From Octopus vulgaris (lineage: Eukaryota): a stretch of DNA of 64,000 bases. Positions 40,030 to 53,541 of this stretch are shown piece after piece; within the stretch, counting starts at the first letter, position 1, and every line of letters starts with the position of its first letter. Both the position numbers and the translations under genes were made by a program. The stretch covers positions 5,704,001 through 5,768,000 of the forward strand of contig OX597822.1 of assembly GCA_951406725.2 (NCBI GenBank). The letters run 5' to 3'. The notes beneath the pieces are model-generated. The model was not told the DNA's origin. It ran no database searches and saw only the letters and a program-made list of their open reading frames with translations.

Positions 40030-41180
40030 CTTTTACCGTTGAGGTTACATATACTTTTAGAGAGCCTTCATCATCATCTGGCTGAGCTTGCTAAGACATT
40101 TTAACCTGCACATGCCATCCATCTTGGTCCTGCATTAGTTGTGGAGGTGTTCAGAGAGACAGCGAGTGTCTACATATGTTGTGTTTGGATGACCAGCTTG
40201 AGTATGGCTATGCTTTGACATCCATAGCAGCCAGTCACTTGCCAACTCTTGTTTAGCTTGCCAGCAATGTCTAGTGAAGTGCAAGCACCTTTCCCTTATG
40301 ATGTTGGTAACAGGCAAATCTCCTTACAGCTGTTTCTTGGTAGTGCATGCAGTACATGTACTCCAAGATATGTTTAAGACTGCTCTTAACATTTGGGTGT
40401 AAGTTCTATCCAGCTTGGATTCCCTTTTTTTTGGTGAATAACCAGGCTATTGCTTCATATGAAGGACTGACTCTGCTGCTGCTTGGAAAAAATTCCTCTT
40501 AAGGTTGGCTGATAGAGTTGATCTCCAGACAACATCGAGTTTGTTTAGGGCTGACCATGCTTTGGCTGCTCAAGTTTTTACATCCTTTTCAATCAAAGCT
40601 ATCTCAGAACTGAGGTATGTGAAATCATCAACTTAACTGATAAGATAAATGCTGATGTTGGTGATGGACCCTTGTATTTGGTTTTACTAGGCTTAACAAG
40701 CCATCCAACATCATGTGCAACTAATTCTAGACTATGAAGTTATTGAGTGGAGTTAATCTTGTGTCAGAGAGCAATCCTAAATCATCAGCATAGTCTACAA
40801 CGGTTAATTTTTTGAGCTCCGTATCCAATCAATCTTCTTTTTTTGAGTGTGAAATAAGGCAGTTTAGATTGTCAACTGATTTTCTGAGAACATAATCCAG
40901 AGTGATCACAAAGAGAAAAGATGCCAATGTGTCCCCTTGATGGATTCTGGCTCTGATATCAAAGAAACCTGTTTTTCCATCTGCTGGTTATCTTACCAGA
41001 GATTTGGTGTTGTTATAATTGCTGCTGTTGTATCTTCAGGGATACTATAGACCAGTAGTAATTTTTTGATTTTACCTCAGTGGATTAGAGTCAAAAGCTT
41101 TTGAGAAATGAACAAGCAGTAATACCTTTACTTGAAGGTGGGCCTTCTTAGATTTTCTTTATAATTCCATTTACATCTAG
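40030..41180 (-). pseudogene. Decayed non-LTR retrotransposon RT (RTE/RTE-X-like)
   Basis: Minus-strand motifs KAFDS (~41095), QGDTLA (~40935), DYADD (~40790) and CLHFTRHCWQA near the 3' end. Confidence 0.7.
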
Positions 41181-41738
41181 GATACTTTATATGACTATTA
41201 AATTGGCTGCAGTGCTTAATTAGAACTTCATTGTTTCAATCCTGTGAGGATAGAAGGTAGGATTTGCATGCAACTAAATACTGCAGGCATTTTATCAAAC
41301 CTTCTATTATAAAAAGCTATAACTAAAATCCTGATGCTCTATGATTCAGTCATTCTGCAACCCACTTTTGTGTGTGCCTACATGTGCGATGAGTAATAAA
41401 ATAATAGTTTATTGTAGTATATGTCAGAAATGTTGAAAACAGAGAAAGGTCTATAAAAGTGAATGATATGCAAAACAATGTATTGTTTATAAATGCATGT
41501 CATGATTTTAGTCAATACCAGGTCAGAGAGTCCAGCTCTATGTATTTAAGTTTGTTTTTTTTTCTTTATCTCGTCAACTTGTTTTTTCATATTTATCTTG
41601 TCAACGTGTTGAATGATATTGTATTGTTGGTCAGAATTGAATATAGTGAGACACAGTGTCTCTTCACCTTGTCTTAATTGTAGCATGCTGGAATGTGTTG
41701 AGAGCTCAAAAGAGGATGCAAAGTGTTAAGTGAGTATC

Positions 41739-42815
41739 AGGGTGGGCTGAAAGGTTCATAGGTTTACCAAGATACTTTTAAGGAATGTGACCTCAATGAG
41801 ATTTATTTTTCAACACTGTCATCCTTGTGGTCCACACACTTTTTCCATTTGCATTGCAGTGCTTGGATCCCATTGGTGGAGAAGCTTCTATCCCGAGAGT
41901 CAAAACAGTCCAGCAAATATAACATCATCGCAGCAATAATGGTTTACAACCAAGTAATTTTTCATGTTGAGGAACAGATGATAGTCAGATGGAGCCAAAT
42001 TAGGAGAACAGGGATAGAGATCAACCAGTTCAAAGCCATGCATACAGCAATTGAAACCAAGGATGTGTGTACTGGAGCATTGCCTTGATCAAACAAGACT
42101 CTTTCGTTCAGTTTTCCATGACGTCTGGTCTTGATAGCCTTTCATAACTTCATCAGCAAATTGGCATAGTACTCTCCATTGATGGTGTGGCCCTTTTGAA
42201 GATAGTCAATAAACACAATGCCTTTCGCATCCCCCAAAATTGAGGCCGTCACCTTCCCTGCAGATGAAACGACCTTGGCCTTCTTTGGTGAGGAGGGTTG
42301 TTTCCACAGCATGGAATGTCTCTTTGTCTCTGCTTCAAAATGATGAAGCCAACACTCATCCTGGCTTAAGAGACTTTCAAGGGAATCACCTGGATATGTC
42401 TCAAACAATGTCAGCTTTTCTCATGACGTGATCAGTCTGGGGCACTTTTGATGGAGGTATCAGAAGACATGGCACCAACCAAGTAGAAACCTTTGTCATG
42501 CCAGGTTTGTTGTGCAGAATATTCTAGATTCTCTCATGGGGCATGCTGATAGTATTAGCTATATGATTTATATTCAATCATCTATCACCCACCACCATGT
42601 GGTGAACATAATCAATGTTTTCCTTGGGGGTGGAAGTTGCAGGACATCTAGTACTTGGGTCATCTTCAAGACTCTTCCTTCCCCTCCTAAATTCAGCTGC
42701 TCAGTTTTGTGCTGTTGATAAAGCTGGGGTATCATCCCCTAATGGAGCAACCATATCAGCATGAATGTCTTTGGGGACTAAACCATTTTCCTGTACGTAC
42801 TTGATAACACCACAA
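41739..42815 (-). mobile_element. mariner (DD34D-type) transposon relic
   Basis: PKDIHADMV N-terminus, DECWLHHF..PKKAKVVSSAGKV..IDYLQKGHTINGEYY, SPNLAPSDYHLF; TIR-like cagggtgggctgaaaggttc at the left end. Confidence 0.9.
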
Positions 42816-44117
42816 TTTCATGTTTTGAATGACATTGTTAGGTAATGGTGAGAAGCCAGAACAAGTAGGATATTTTGGGTGGGATATAGTGTTTTAAATG
42901 CTAAAGGTTTAAAGTGATCTAAGTTAAAACCTACCATTAAAATTTTACATTAAATTATGTTCTGAACACCAGCTCAATTACAACAAAATTATTTTACTAA
43001 ATTCTTTCTTATTTTCGAATGCAATGTATTTCAAGAGAAATATGGTAACAAAAGGGTCAAATAGAAAACAAAGACTGAACAGAACTGTACAGATGCATCT
43101 ATTACCCTCTTTGTCCTCAGCACTGATATAAAATTTTCCATAACCCTCTCCTGGGTGATACCATTTACTTTGAGAAGACTGATCTAACTGGATGCTAAAT
43201 TTCTCACTGAATTTATCTCTAACTCTCACTTTGCTGACATCATCTCTGTACATGGCTTGCATGATCCTCACAATATTCCTAGTTTCCTTAACAATTTTAC
43301 TTCATCAAAGATCTCCTCAGCATATGCATAGTGGCTTGCACCTTTCTAATAACTTCTACTGTAGTTGTCTCAATTAGAAGAAAGAGAACATCAGTGGCAT
43401 CTTACTCTGGCTCAAATGTGAATTACATCCCATTTAAGTTTAATTTTCTTCCTAATTAATTGCACTATAACTAATTCTGATCCTTTGATGCCTTTCTTTA
43501 TGATATTAAGATGCAAAAAAGATGTAACAAAATTAAAAGGAGAAGAAAGATTTTTCCTTTAGTTTTCAATGTTTTTGTCTTGCATCCATCTTAGCATGCA
43601 TGTTGTTGTTGCTGCTCTTGTTGTTGTTTAATCCAAGTCAGCTCTGATCAAGCTGGCTTATGATCATTCTGTTTATTCTCCAACTCACTGCACCCAGAAT
43701 TTTATAAAATTGTAAAACATGGGCTGAAGGATATTTAATTGCTATTTCTACCAGGTCAAATGACCATGCAGGGATATTTATTGGCTTGTTTGGTTCCATT
43801 TGGCCACATCCAACCCAAATATTCTATACTACCTGTTTTATGTTCAAACTAGCTAGATTTGGCCTCTCACATATACCCTAACATGTCATTCTGAAAATAT
43901 ACAATCATATCCTTGTAATCCCAAAGCTATGAAATAAGTGGTGAAAATTGACAAATACAATCACACACACACACATATTTATATATAAGTAATTATTTGG
44001 ACTTTGGTATATGTTTTGTAGTATGCCAATTAAAGCACTTTCACCATTTAGGCTACATGATGTCATCCACGGTTATGGTCCTCACATAGATCCAGTGACA
44101 ATTATATATATATATAT

Positions 44118-44540
44118 ACTCTTTTACTCTTTTACTTGTTTCAGTCATTTTGACTGCGGCCATGCTGGAGCACCGCATTTTGACTGCGGCCATGCTGGAG
44201 CAAATCGACCCCGGGACTTATTCTTTGTAAGCCCAGTACTTATTCTATCGGTCTCTTTTGCCGAACCGCTAAGTGACAGGGACGTAAACACACCAGCATC
44301 AGTTGTCAAGCAATGCTAGAAGAACAAACACAGACACACAAACATATACACACACATAAATATATATACATATATACGACAGGCTTCTTTCAGTTTCCAT
44401 CTACCAAATCCACTCACAAGGTTTTGGTCGGTCCGAGGCTATAGCGGAAAACACTTGCCCAAGATGCCACGCAGTGGGACTGAACCCGGAACCGTGTGGT
44501 TGGTTAGCAAGCTACTTACCACACAGCCACTCTTGCGCCT
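44118..44540 (-). mobile_element. SINE family A, full length
   Basis: Reverse complement of 4685-5095, with a 30-bp internal duplication at 44146-44202. Confidence 0.85.
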
Positions 44541-44546
44541 GAAGGA

Positions 44547-44586
<40 letters not shown>

Positions 44587-44732
44587 CACACAACAGGATT
44601 CTTTCAGTTTCCATCTACCGAATCCACTCACATACCTTTGGTCTGTCTGGGACTATAGTAGAAGAAATTTTCCAAACCTGTCACGCTGTGGGAGTGGACC
44701 TGAAACCATGTGGTTGGGAAGCAATCTTCTTA

Positions 44733-44962
44733 TTTTTTTACTGCCCACAAAGGGCTACACACAGAGGGGACAAACAAGGACAGACAAATGGATTAAGTCA
44801 ATTACATCGACCCCAGTGCGTAACTGGTACTAATTTAATCGACCCTGAAAGGATGAAAGGCAAAGTTGACCTTGGCGGAATTTGAACTCAGAATGTAGTG
44901 GTAGACGAAATACTGCTAAGCATTTTGCCCTGCGTGCTAACGTTTCTGCCAGCTTGCTGCCT
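44733..44962 (-). mobile_element. SINE family B
   Basis: Reverse complement of family B. Confidence 0.85.
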
Positions 44963-45087
44963 TCTTGCCACACAGTTATGCTTGCACCTACGTCAGTAAT
45001 AATATCTGAAGAATAATATTCAAAGTAATATACGGTCAATATTCCAATACTTTAACCTATCAGAGTCATTATCTTCCGATATAATAT

Positions 45088-45491
45088 TACTCTTTTACTC
45101 TTTTACTCTTTTAATTGTTTCAGTCATTTGACTGCGGCTATGCTGGAGCACCGCCTTTAGTTGAGCAAATCGACCCCGGGACTTATTCTTTGTAAGACCA
45201 GTACTTATTCTATCGGTGTCTTTTGCCGAACCGCTAAGTAACGGGGACGTAAACACACCAGCATCGGTTGTCGAGCAATGCTAGGGGGACAAACACAGGC
45301 ACACAAACACATACATATACACATATACGACAGGCTTCTTTCAGTTTCCGTCTACCAAATCCACTCACAAGGCATTGGTCGGCCCGGGGCTATAGCAGAA
45401 GACACTTGCCCAAGATGCCACGCAGTGGGATTGAACCCGGAACCATGTGGTTGGTTAGCAAGCTACTTACCACACAGCCACTCCTGCGCCT
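45088..45491 (-). mobile_element. SINE family A, full length
   Basis: Reverse complement of 4685-5095. Confidence 0.9.
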
Positions 45492-45884
45492 ATGTAGAAA
45501 AGAATATATAAACTTCTTCAAATTTTAGGAATTGTAATAATAAAAGATTAAATTAGCAAAGTAAGGCTTCATTAATTTTTTTCTTTTTACCTTACACCAA
45601 AATGAATTCAAACTGACATTGGATATTTCTCATTTTTTAAAGATTCTTTTCACAAGTAGGAATGGCTTAGCATTTAATCTTGGTATCTAATCAGAAGAAT
45701 GAATGTTTTAAATGAAATGATTTGTTTTTCTCCTAGAAAACGATCTTACAAGGAAATATATCAAGCACTTTTTTTTTATCATTATTTAAACAACATGAAA
45801 ATTGACCTTAGACATAGAGAGGGATGGATGGAAGAGTGATTGAAGGAGTGGACAATTGGCAAAGCTTGCAGTAGTGACAAATAG

Positions 45885-45907
45885 GTGATGCTGATAATGA
45901 TGATGAT

Positions 45908-45938
<31 letters not shown>

Positions 45939-46950
45939 ATGTGAAGGATGTAAAGAGGGATAATGTTGATGACATTGGAGATGATATTGATGACTAGTGA
46001 TGATGACAAAACATAATGTTGATGATGGTGATAGTAATGTTGTTGATGATGATGTGGTAGTGGTGGTGGTGGTGGTAATGATAATGATGATGATGATGAT
46101 GAAGAGGAGGAGGAGGAGGTGGAGGATGTGAAGGATAATGTTGATGACAACAGTGATGACATTACCGATGATATTGGTTTCAAATTTTGGCACAAGGCCA
46201 GCAATTTTGGGGGAAGTTGGGGTTAGTCGATTACATCAACTCCCAGTACTTAACTGGTGCTTATTTTATTGACCCCGAAAAGAGGAAAGGCAAAGTCAAC
46301 CTTGGCAGAATTTGAACTCAGAATGTGAAGATGAATGAAATACTGCTAAACATTTCACCTGGTGTGCTAACAGTTCTGCCAGCTTGCTACCTTACAGGTA
46401 ATACTAATGAGTAGTGAAGTAGACAAAAAAAAAACATATGATGTTAGTTATGTTGATGATGGTAGTGATGAAGATGATGATGATGATGAGGAGGATGAGG
46501 AGGATGAGGATTATGATGATGATGATGATGAGGATGAAGATGAGGATGAGGATGAGGATTATGATGATGATGATGAGGAGGAGGAGGAGGAGATGAAGGA
46601 AAATAACAGGGGAGATAACATAGATGATGATGGTAATGACATTAGAGATAATATTGATGATCTGTGATGACAAAATATAATGTTGATGAGGGTGATAATG
46701 ATGACTGTGGTGATGATATGATGATGATGATAATGATTATGATGATGATGATGATGATGATGACAATTATGACAAAAGAGATAATGTTGGGGACTATTGA
46801 TGATGACACAAGAGATGCTGTTGACGATGATGATAAGAGATGTGATATTGATGACTAGTGATGATGTCAAGTGGGATAATGCTCCCGCTGCCGCTGCTGC
46901 TGCTGATAATGATGATGATAACAAAAAGAGATGTGATATTGTTGATGATG
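45885..46950. repeat. (GAT)n/(GAG)n/(GGT)n low-complexity tract containing an old SINE B (46175-46392, minus)
   Basis: Trinucleotide mosaic; explains the Asp/Glu-rich ORF at 46407-46667. Confidence 0.85.
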
Positions 46951-47120
46951 ATACTGGAATTTAGTACAGCCCTGGAACTTGCTGGATTCTGTCAAACTGT
47001 CCAATTCATACCAGCAAGGAAAAATGGACACTAAATGATGATGATGGTGGCAATTGGACATTTAATAATTGGATTAATCAGTAAAAGAGAGGAGTATCCA
47101 TTGTATTTGCATGCATTCAC

Positions 47121-47179
47121 TTCCCAACTGGTAAGATCAGTGTAGTTGGTGTCCAGTTCGAACATATGTTTGCAAAGGT
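47121..47179 (-). CDS. Candidate host-gene exon (unidentified)
   Basis: Very strong acceptor ttttttttgcttttcttttcag|AC CTT TGC...TGG GAA|GTGAAT, peptide LCKHMFELDTNYTDLTSWE. Confidence 0.35.
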
Positions 47180-47409
47180 CTGAAAAGAAAAGCAAAAAAA
47201 AATTTTAAAAAAAGAGAAGAAATTCCAGAGGGATGCTGTTCTGGGGAGGAATGATCCAACAAAATTTTTTAGTTGTTGTTGTTGTTTAGCTCCAGGTCAA
47301 CTCTGATTGACAGATCAAAACCATTCCAGCAGTGGCCATCCCATTTATTTTCCTATGTGCTGGAAATCCAGAACTGTATTATCTATCATCCAATATATTC
47401 TTTTCTTAA

Positions 47410-47630
47410 CCCTTTCATTACCAACCCGGCTGAAACCGGCTTTGGCTCTGTAGTACAAATGTCTTATTTTCATAAGTTTTGAATTAAAATCTTCCACCAA
47501 ACCTTAGTCACAATTTATGTTCCTAACACTGGCTGAATGATAAGTAAGTTATTTTACTAAATTCTTTGTTATATTTAAAGTAACTGAAAGAAACACAGAG
47601 CATCTCAAAATAAATACAGTAACGAAAGGG
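47410..47630. mobile_element. piggyBac-type MITE
   Basis: TTAA-CCCTTTCATTAC...GTAACGAAAGGG-TTAA; homologous to 25169-25390. Confidence 0.9.
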
Positions 47631-48639
47631 TTAAAGATAGTAGTGTGTTATTCAAGTGAAATATGCCTGCTATTTCTAGCAAGTCAAGTAAGCATGTAGA
47701 GTCTCTCTTATTGGCTTGCGTAAATATTTAGCATAGAATCTAAGTGGTGTGACATGATGTTGATCATGAAGTGATTCTATCTTATGATGATTAGAACAAT
47801 TATAGAATAATTATGAGCTAATGAATAATCATCTATTGTAATTTGGTGAAACTAATAACATAGCAAGGAGATCTTCTTAATAAAGAAGAGAAATCCACAA
47901 TCTATGAAATCTCACTCTAACTTTACTGTAGTCTGCTTAGTTTTTGTAAGTGTTCAGTGACTGCAATCGATTTGGTCAGTTTGACCTTGTGGTAGCTATT
48001 GTGTAATACCATTGAGCAAGAAACATAACTTTGGCTGGCTGATAAAATACAGGTTTATTCCTATCAGCAGTAGAAAGCCATGCCACATAGCAGATGTGGG
48101 CTCATATCAATCTGTCATTGTAGTAGTCAAGATATTTCTTCAGGTGTGCTAGCCTTAGTGAATGACTGCATATTTCCAACAACAGCATTTCAAGACCAAT
48201 ATGGAGTGTATGTTATAGCAGAGGAAATTCCTGGTCAGTGGAATCTGTCCTTTCTGTAAGAAGTGGCAAAGCATGCAGTTCAGTCTAGTCAGAGGTTGTG
48301 TTGGCATTAGCCATTTCTACATAACCTTTCAGGGACAACTTTCTTTAGGCCCATTTCTAAGGAAAAGCAGTCACCCTGCTTGTAACCTCTTCCCAGTTCT
48401 TATCCATATAGAAAACGTCCAGTCCAAAGAAGGATAATAAGCTCCTTGACTAGGGTCAAGAGTTGGGTGTTTGGCATCCAGAATCTTGCCAGGCCCTCAT
48501 TGCACTCTACGAGGCAGACAATGCTATCATCAAGAAAATGATACTTACATTCTTTAAAAGGTTAGTGGCAAGGTATGAATGAAATTCACATGGGAACAGT
48601 TCTGGCCATTTGGTAACAATGTTTTCACTGCAGAATACC

Positions 48640-48945
48640 TGTTGCTTTTCTTATGAATAATATTGACACTTATTTATCTCCACCAAACTCCATACTTGTA
48701 ATCTATGCTGAAGAGTCTTAGAGTTTGTATTAAAGAATCTATCGCTTTTTTATTCATAGTAAAAAGCTTCAAATAATCCATGTAGAGCAAATGGTTAATT
48801 TTTCCTTTACTATCTCTATACTGATTCCCTACATTTGCTTTTCTTAATACTGAAATAAGGGGTATCAAACATGACACAAACATTAAAGGGAATATTGAGC
48901 CCCTCTAGAAAATTCATCTTTTGATATTAACTTTCCTTAAAGCTG
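48640..48945 (-). pseudogene. R4/Dong-like non-LTR RT fragment
   Basis: PLMFVSCLIPL...KINHLLYMDYLKLF resembles the INHLLYMDDLKL motif of R4-clade RTs. Confidence 0.65.
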
Positions 48946-48953
48946 TTGGCAAG

Positions 48954-49271
48954 AGTAAAATGGGAGTGTGTATAACTCAGCACAGAACAATTATCGCCAT
49001 GGATTTTATTCAATAAACACCATTTTCTTTAGTTTCCTTGCTGATGCTCACAGAAACACACACACACACACACACATACACACACATACACACACACACA
49101 CACATGCACATACACACACACATGCACATACACACACACATGCACATACACACATGCACATGTACACACTCACATTAGATAGAAACTGTAAGAAGCATCA
49201 CATATATAAGTTTGTTTGGTGATGGTGGCATACATATTGCTGTGAAGTTGGTTCCTCCCACAGGTGTGACG
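48954..49271 (-). mobile_element. Solo-LTR-like dispersed repeat, copy 1
   Basis: Homologous to 52401-52646; TATA-like element and AATAAA on the minus strand. Confidence 0.45.
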
Positions 49272-49289
49272 TGTGACCCCAGTGTGATC

Positions 49290-49874
49290 AGACCTGTTCA
49301 ATAATCAAGAGGAGGACGTCATCCAAGGAAGTTCATGTTGAATGTAGGGTGGGATATTGAAGGAATTATCCATTATGGACTGTAAGACAGTAATCTAACA
49401 ATTACTGCTAATCTCTACGGTGATCAACTTCATCTTTTGAAAGCTGCTTTGAACAGAAAGTGACCCTGCTTAGTCAACAGAAAGGGTGTCATCATCCACC
49501 ATGATAACGCTCGTCCTCTCACAGCTTGACTGACCAAAGATCTCTTGGAAGGGCTTGCTTGGAAAATATTGCTTCATCCTCTATATTCTCCAGACCTTGC
49601 TCCTCCTGATAATCATTTGTTTTGGGGACTACAAAACCATTTGAACATTCCGGGGTTGACATCAAGAGAAGAGGTTGAAAATGAGTTGGATTCATATTTC
49701 ACATCAAAATCTAAACAATTTTACAAGTGTGGCAGTTATAAGCTTGTTGACAGATGGAAGCAAGTTCTAGAAAGCAATGGGATTTATTTTAATAAATAAA
49801 TTTTGTCGTAATCATGGGCTCTTTATTTTTAATAGAGACCTTAAAATCAGTCATACCTTTACAACAATCTGATA
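49290..49874 (+). mobile_element. mariner transposase 3' relic
   Basis: IHHDNARP...LLHPLYSPDLAPPDNHLFWGLQNHL...KLVDRWKQVLESNGIYF*, then a TIR-like end before TA. Confidence 0.9.
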
Positions 49875-49877
49875 TAT

Positions 49878-50215
49878 ATCATCATCATCATTTAATGTCC
49901 GGTTTCCATGCTAGCACGGGTTGGACGGTTTGACCGGGGTCTGGGAAGCCAGAAGGCTTCACCAGGCTCCAGTCTGATCTGGCAATGTTTTTACAGCTGG
50001 ATGCCCTTCCTAATGCTAACCACTCCGTGAGTGTAGTGGGTGCTTTTTACGTGCAAGGTGAGGCTGGCAACGGCCACGATCAGATTGGTGCTTTTTACGT
50101 GCCACTGGCACGGAAGCCAGTCAAGGCGGCAATGGCATCGGCCATGTTCAGATGGTGCTTTTTACGTGCCACTGGCATGGAAGCCAGTCGAGGCGGCGCT
50201 GGCAATGGTCACAGG
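49878..50215 (-). mobile_element. RTE LINE 3' end
   Basis: (cat)n tail and RTE UTR repeats. Confidence 0.85.
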
Positions 50216-50311
50216 ATTCAAATGGGCAAAAAACAGAAGTCAGAAGACAGAGACAGGTGAGGGAACAATAAACAAGGTGTATTAGTTTGACACAGAGGAA
50301 AAACGGAAAAG

Positions 50312-50349
50312 TCTTTGATGTTTTGAGCCTATGTTCCTCGTCAGAAAGG
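50312..50349 (-). ncRNA. Decayed hammerhead motif, same family as 37411-37448
   Basis: Minus strand CCTTT-CTGACGA-G-GAaC aTAG GCTC-aAAAC-aTC-AAAGA; three of the changes fit CpG deamination. Confidence 0.5.
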
Positions 50350-50877
50350 AACGAGGAGAGAAAACAGAGAGAGAAAAACAAAACGTGTCTGGATTAACGA
50401 TTTCCCATGTTGAAGTGGTGCACTCCCACCTCCGTATATTATTTGGTAAAGATAGTTATGGCTGGTCTATGGAGTTCGTTTCATATTTTTGAGAGACTAA
50501 GTGGTTTTTGTGAATGTGTAGAAGCGTGGCCTGCCGGAGAGCTATTTAACACAAACCATGTGGTCTTTGCAAAACACTCTGGCTGGGGAGCTAGAAGGAT
50601 TGTCAGTAAATCATAAATCTGAAAGAGAAGCACACTCCAAATTATAAAGTAGTAGAATAAATAGAGGAAGATAGTTATGGCCAGTCTATGGGGTTCATTC
50701 CATATTTTCAAGAGACTCAGTGGTTTTCGTGGTGGAGAGCTAACATCATTCTAGAACTGAATGACTACTTGTTTTCTCTCAGTACCAGCTAATTAGCTGA
50801 AATTCTGAGGCACTTGATTATCACTGCTTACTTTTTATTTTTTAAATATAGAAGGACCTGTTTATTTTTTTATATAT

Positions 50878-51024
50878 TTTTGGCATTAGGAAGGGCATCC
50901 ATCTGTAGAAACTCTGCCAGATCAGATTGGAGCCTGGTGCAGCCATCTGGTTTGCCAGTCCTCAGTCAAATCGTCCAACCCATGCTAGCATGGAAAGCGG
51001 ACGTTAAACGATGATGATGATGAT
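50878..51024 (+). mobile_element. RTE LINE 3' end
   Basis: ttggcattaggaagggcatcc...ggacgttaaac(gat)n. Confidence 0.85.
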
Positions 51025-51454
51025 CTCAGTCAAAGAAGTAGTATTTGGACTCAGAATGCACAGAGTCAAAGCATATACAAGGCATCATGCCTGATGGTTG
51101 ACATTCTATCAATCTATCAATCCCCTGTGCTTGACAGGTACTTTATTTACTGACTGTAAAGTCAACCAAAGTCAAAGTGACTTTTGATATCAGAGCACAG
51201 AGAATGAGAATAAATATCACCAGGCCAACAAACTTCTAAAGGTATCCATATACATAGTAACCCTCCAAAGCATTGATTAATCTAAAGCCATAGAATATAC
51301 TTGCCCAAAGTGTCATGCAGTGGGATTGAACCCTGGACTATTTGTAGAAGATAAACCGCTTAACCAAACAGATATACTTAAATACTTATTTATTAACATT
51401 AATCAAAAAAAAAAAAAATCAAAATCAAACCAAATCTAATCAGATATCAGAAAG

Positions 51455-51870
51455 CAGAACCAAAATCGAAGTCGATCAACATCAATGGAAATTGCAGCTG
51501 TGATACCAGTGCTGGTGACAAGTAAGCAAACCATCCGATGATGGCCATTGCCAGTGCCGCCCCGACTGGCCTCCGTGCCGGTGGCACGTAAAAAGCACCA
51601 TCCGATCATGGCCATTGCCAGCCTCACCTGGCACCTGTGCGGGTGGCACATAAAAAGCACCACCCGTCCGTGGCCGTTTGCCAGCTCTGTCTGGCACCTA
51701 TGCGGGTGGCACGTAAAAAGCACCCACTACACTCATGGAGTGGTTGGCATTAGGAAGGGCATCCAGCCTTAGAAACACTGCCAGATCAGACTGGACCTGA
51801 TGCAGCCTTCTGGCTTCACAGACCCCAGTTGAACCATCCAACCCATGCTAGCATGGAAAGCAGACGCTAA

Positions 51871-51902
<32 letters not shown>

Positions 51903-51905
51903 AAT
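51455..51905 (+). mobile_element. RTE LINE 3' UTR
   Basis: Four ggtggcacgtaaaaagcacc-type units and a (GAT)n tail. Confidence 0.85.
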
Positions 51906-52400
51906 GCAGCAGGTTGGCAGAACAGTTTGCATGACAGGCTAAATGCTTACCAGCAGTTCATATGTCAATACATTCTGAGTTCAAATTACATCGATGTTAA
52001 CTTTACTTTTCATCCTTTCGGGGTTGATTAAATAAGCACAGTCAAGCACTAGGGCTGATATAATTGACTAGTCCCCTAATTGACTAGTCCCCTACCCACG
52101 AACTTTCTGCCTATAGGAGAAAGGATAATTATTATTGTTGTAAGGTGTTGCACTGGCAGAATTGTTAGCATACCAGGAATAATGCACAGTGGCATTTCAT
52201 CCATCTTTAAATTACTTTTCATTCTTTCGGGGGCAATAAGATAAGTACCAGTTGAGCACTTGGACTGGCTAACCCTCTACTTTCAAATTGCAGGCCTTGT
52301 GCCCATAATAGAAAGGGTTATTTATCTTTTTACATAAAAATTATGAATAACATCTTTGGTTATAGATTTATAGCTGAAAATCAGTAGTTCACTGCATTTC

Positions 52401-52646
52401 TGTAAAATGGGAGTGTGTATAACTCAGTTCAGAACAAATATCGCCATGGACTTTATTCAATAAACACCATTTTCTTTTGTTTTCTTGCTAATGCTCACAG
52501 AAGCACACACACACACACACATACTCACATACACATGTACACACTCGTAGTAGATAGAAACTGCAAGGAGCATCACATATATAAGTTTGTTTGGTGATGA
52601 TGGCATACATATTGTTATGAAGTGGGTTCCTCCCACTGGTGTGACA
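52401..52646 (-). mobile_element. Solo-LTR-like dispersed repeat, copy 2
   Basis: Minus strand TGTCAC...TTTACA termini with ttatatat and AATAAA; no TSD seen. Confidence 0.5.
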
Positions 52647-52654
52647 TGTACTGC

Positions 52655-52909
52655 TGTTGTACTGCAGTCGCTATTTTTGCTAGTAGTCACAATAGTTACT
52701 AATCATCAAATACTGTTGTATCTCTTCATACTGGAATAGTAATACACTAACTTCTGCCTTACTATTGTTGATAGCTCCACAAGACACCAACTAGAAGTGT
52801 CAACTGTCAACTCTTCAACTCACAACCCTCTCTTGACGACTGGCTACTGGTCTATTTATAATGGCTGGCTCCCACCACTTTTTACCAGGATGGGTTTCAC
52901 TGTACAACA
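52655..52909 (-). mobile_element. Possible solo LTR
   Basis: TGTTGTAC...GTACAACA inverted termini; TATAAAT on the minus strand near 52860; no TSD. Confidence 0.35.
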
Positions 52910-53446
52910 CATATGCACATGCATGTGTGTGTGTGAGTATTTTCCCTTTGTTTCGATACTTGTGTGCTGATTGTGAACAAAGCCACTTCCCATAAAAATG
53001 GTGTCATTTGTTTACAGTCTTCAGTGAAAAATGTCCAGTAATAATTGCAATTGAGCTACTTGTTGTTTGAAGGACTAAGGTAATATTACCTTTCTTGAAA
53101 ACAGGTGAGGGTTTATGACAGGAAGAGCATCTGGCTATAGAAATTCTCCATGAACAAATTTAGTTAGACTTATGCAATCACAGAAAATTAGATGTGTAAC
53201 CCTTTAACATTCAGTTTATTCTGTCAAATCTGTCACAAGCAATGTTTATGTATTCACAATATTTTGATTCAATCATGCTTTATCTTGAAGCTTAGAGATT
53301 TCAATGATGTGATTGTTTATTTTCAGCATGACATCATAGAGCAGGTGTGAGAGGCAAACTCTGGCTGGTTTAATCATAAAACAGGTAGAATATTTGGTCG
53401 ATTTAACTGTCTGGAAGCATGTTGCATGCACACACACATATACACA

Positions 53447-53482
<36 letters not shown>

Positions 53483-53504
53483 AATCGAAATAATATATAT
53501 ATAT

Positions 53505-53540
<36 letters not shown>

Positions 53541-53541
<1 letters not shown>

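Noticed and set aside
46407-46667. Acidic Asp/Glu-rich ORF
   Set aside because: GAT/GAG trinucleotide tract with no supporting gene structure.
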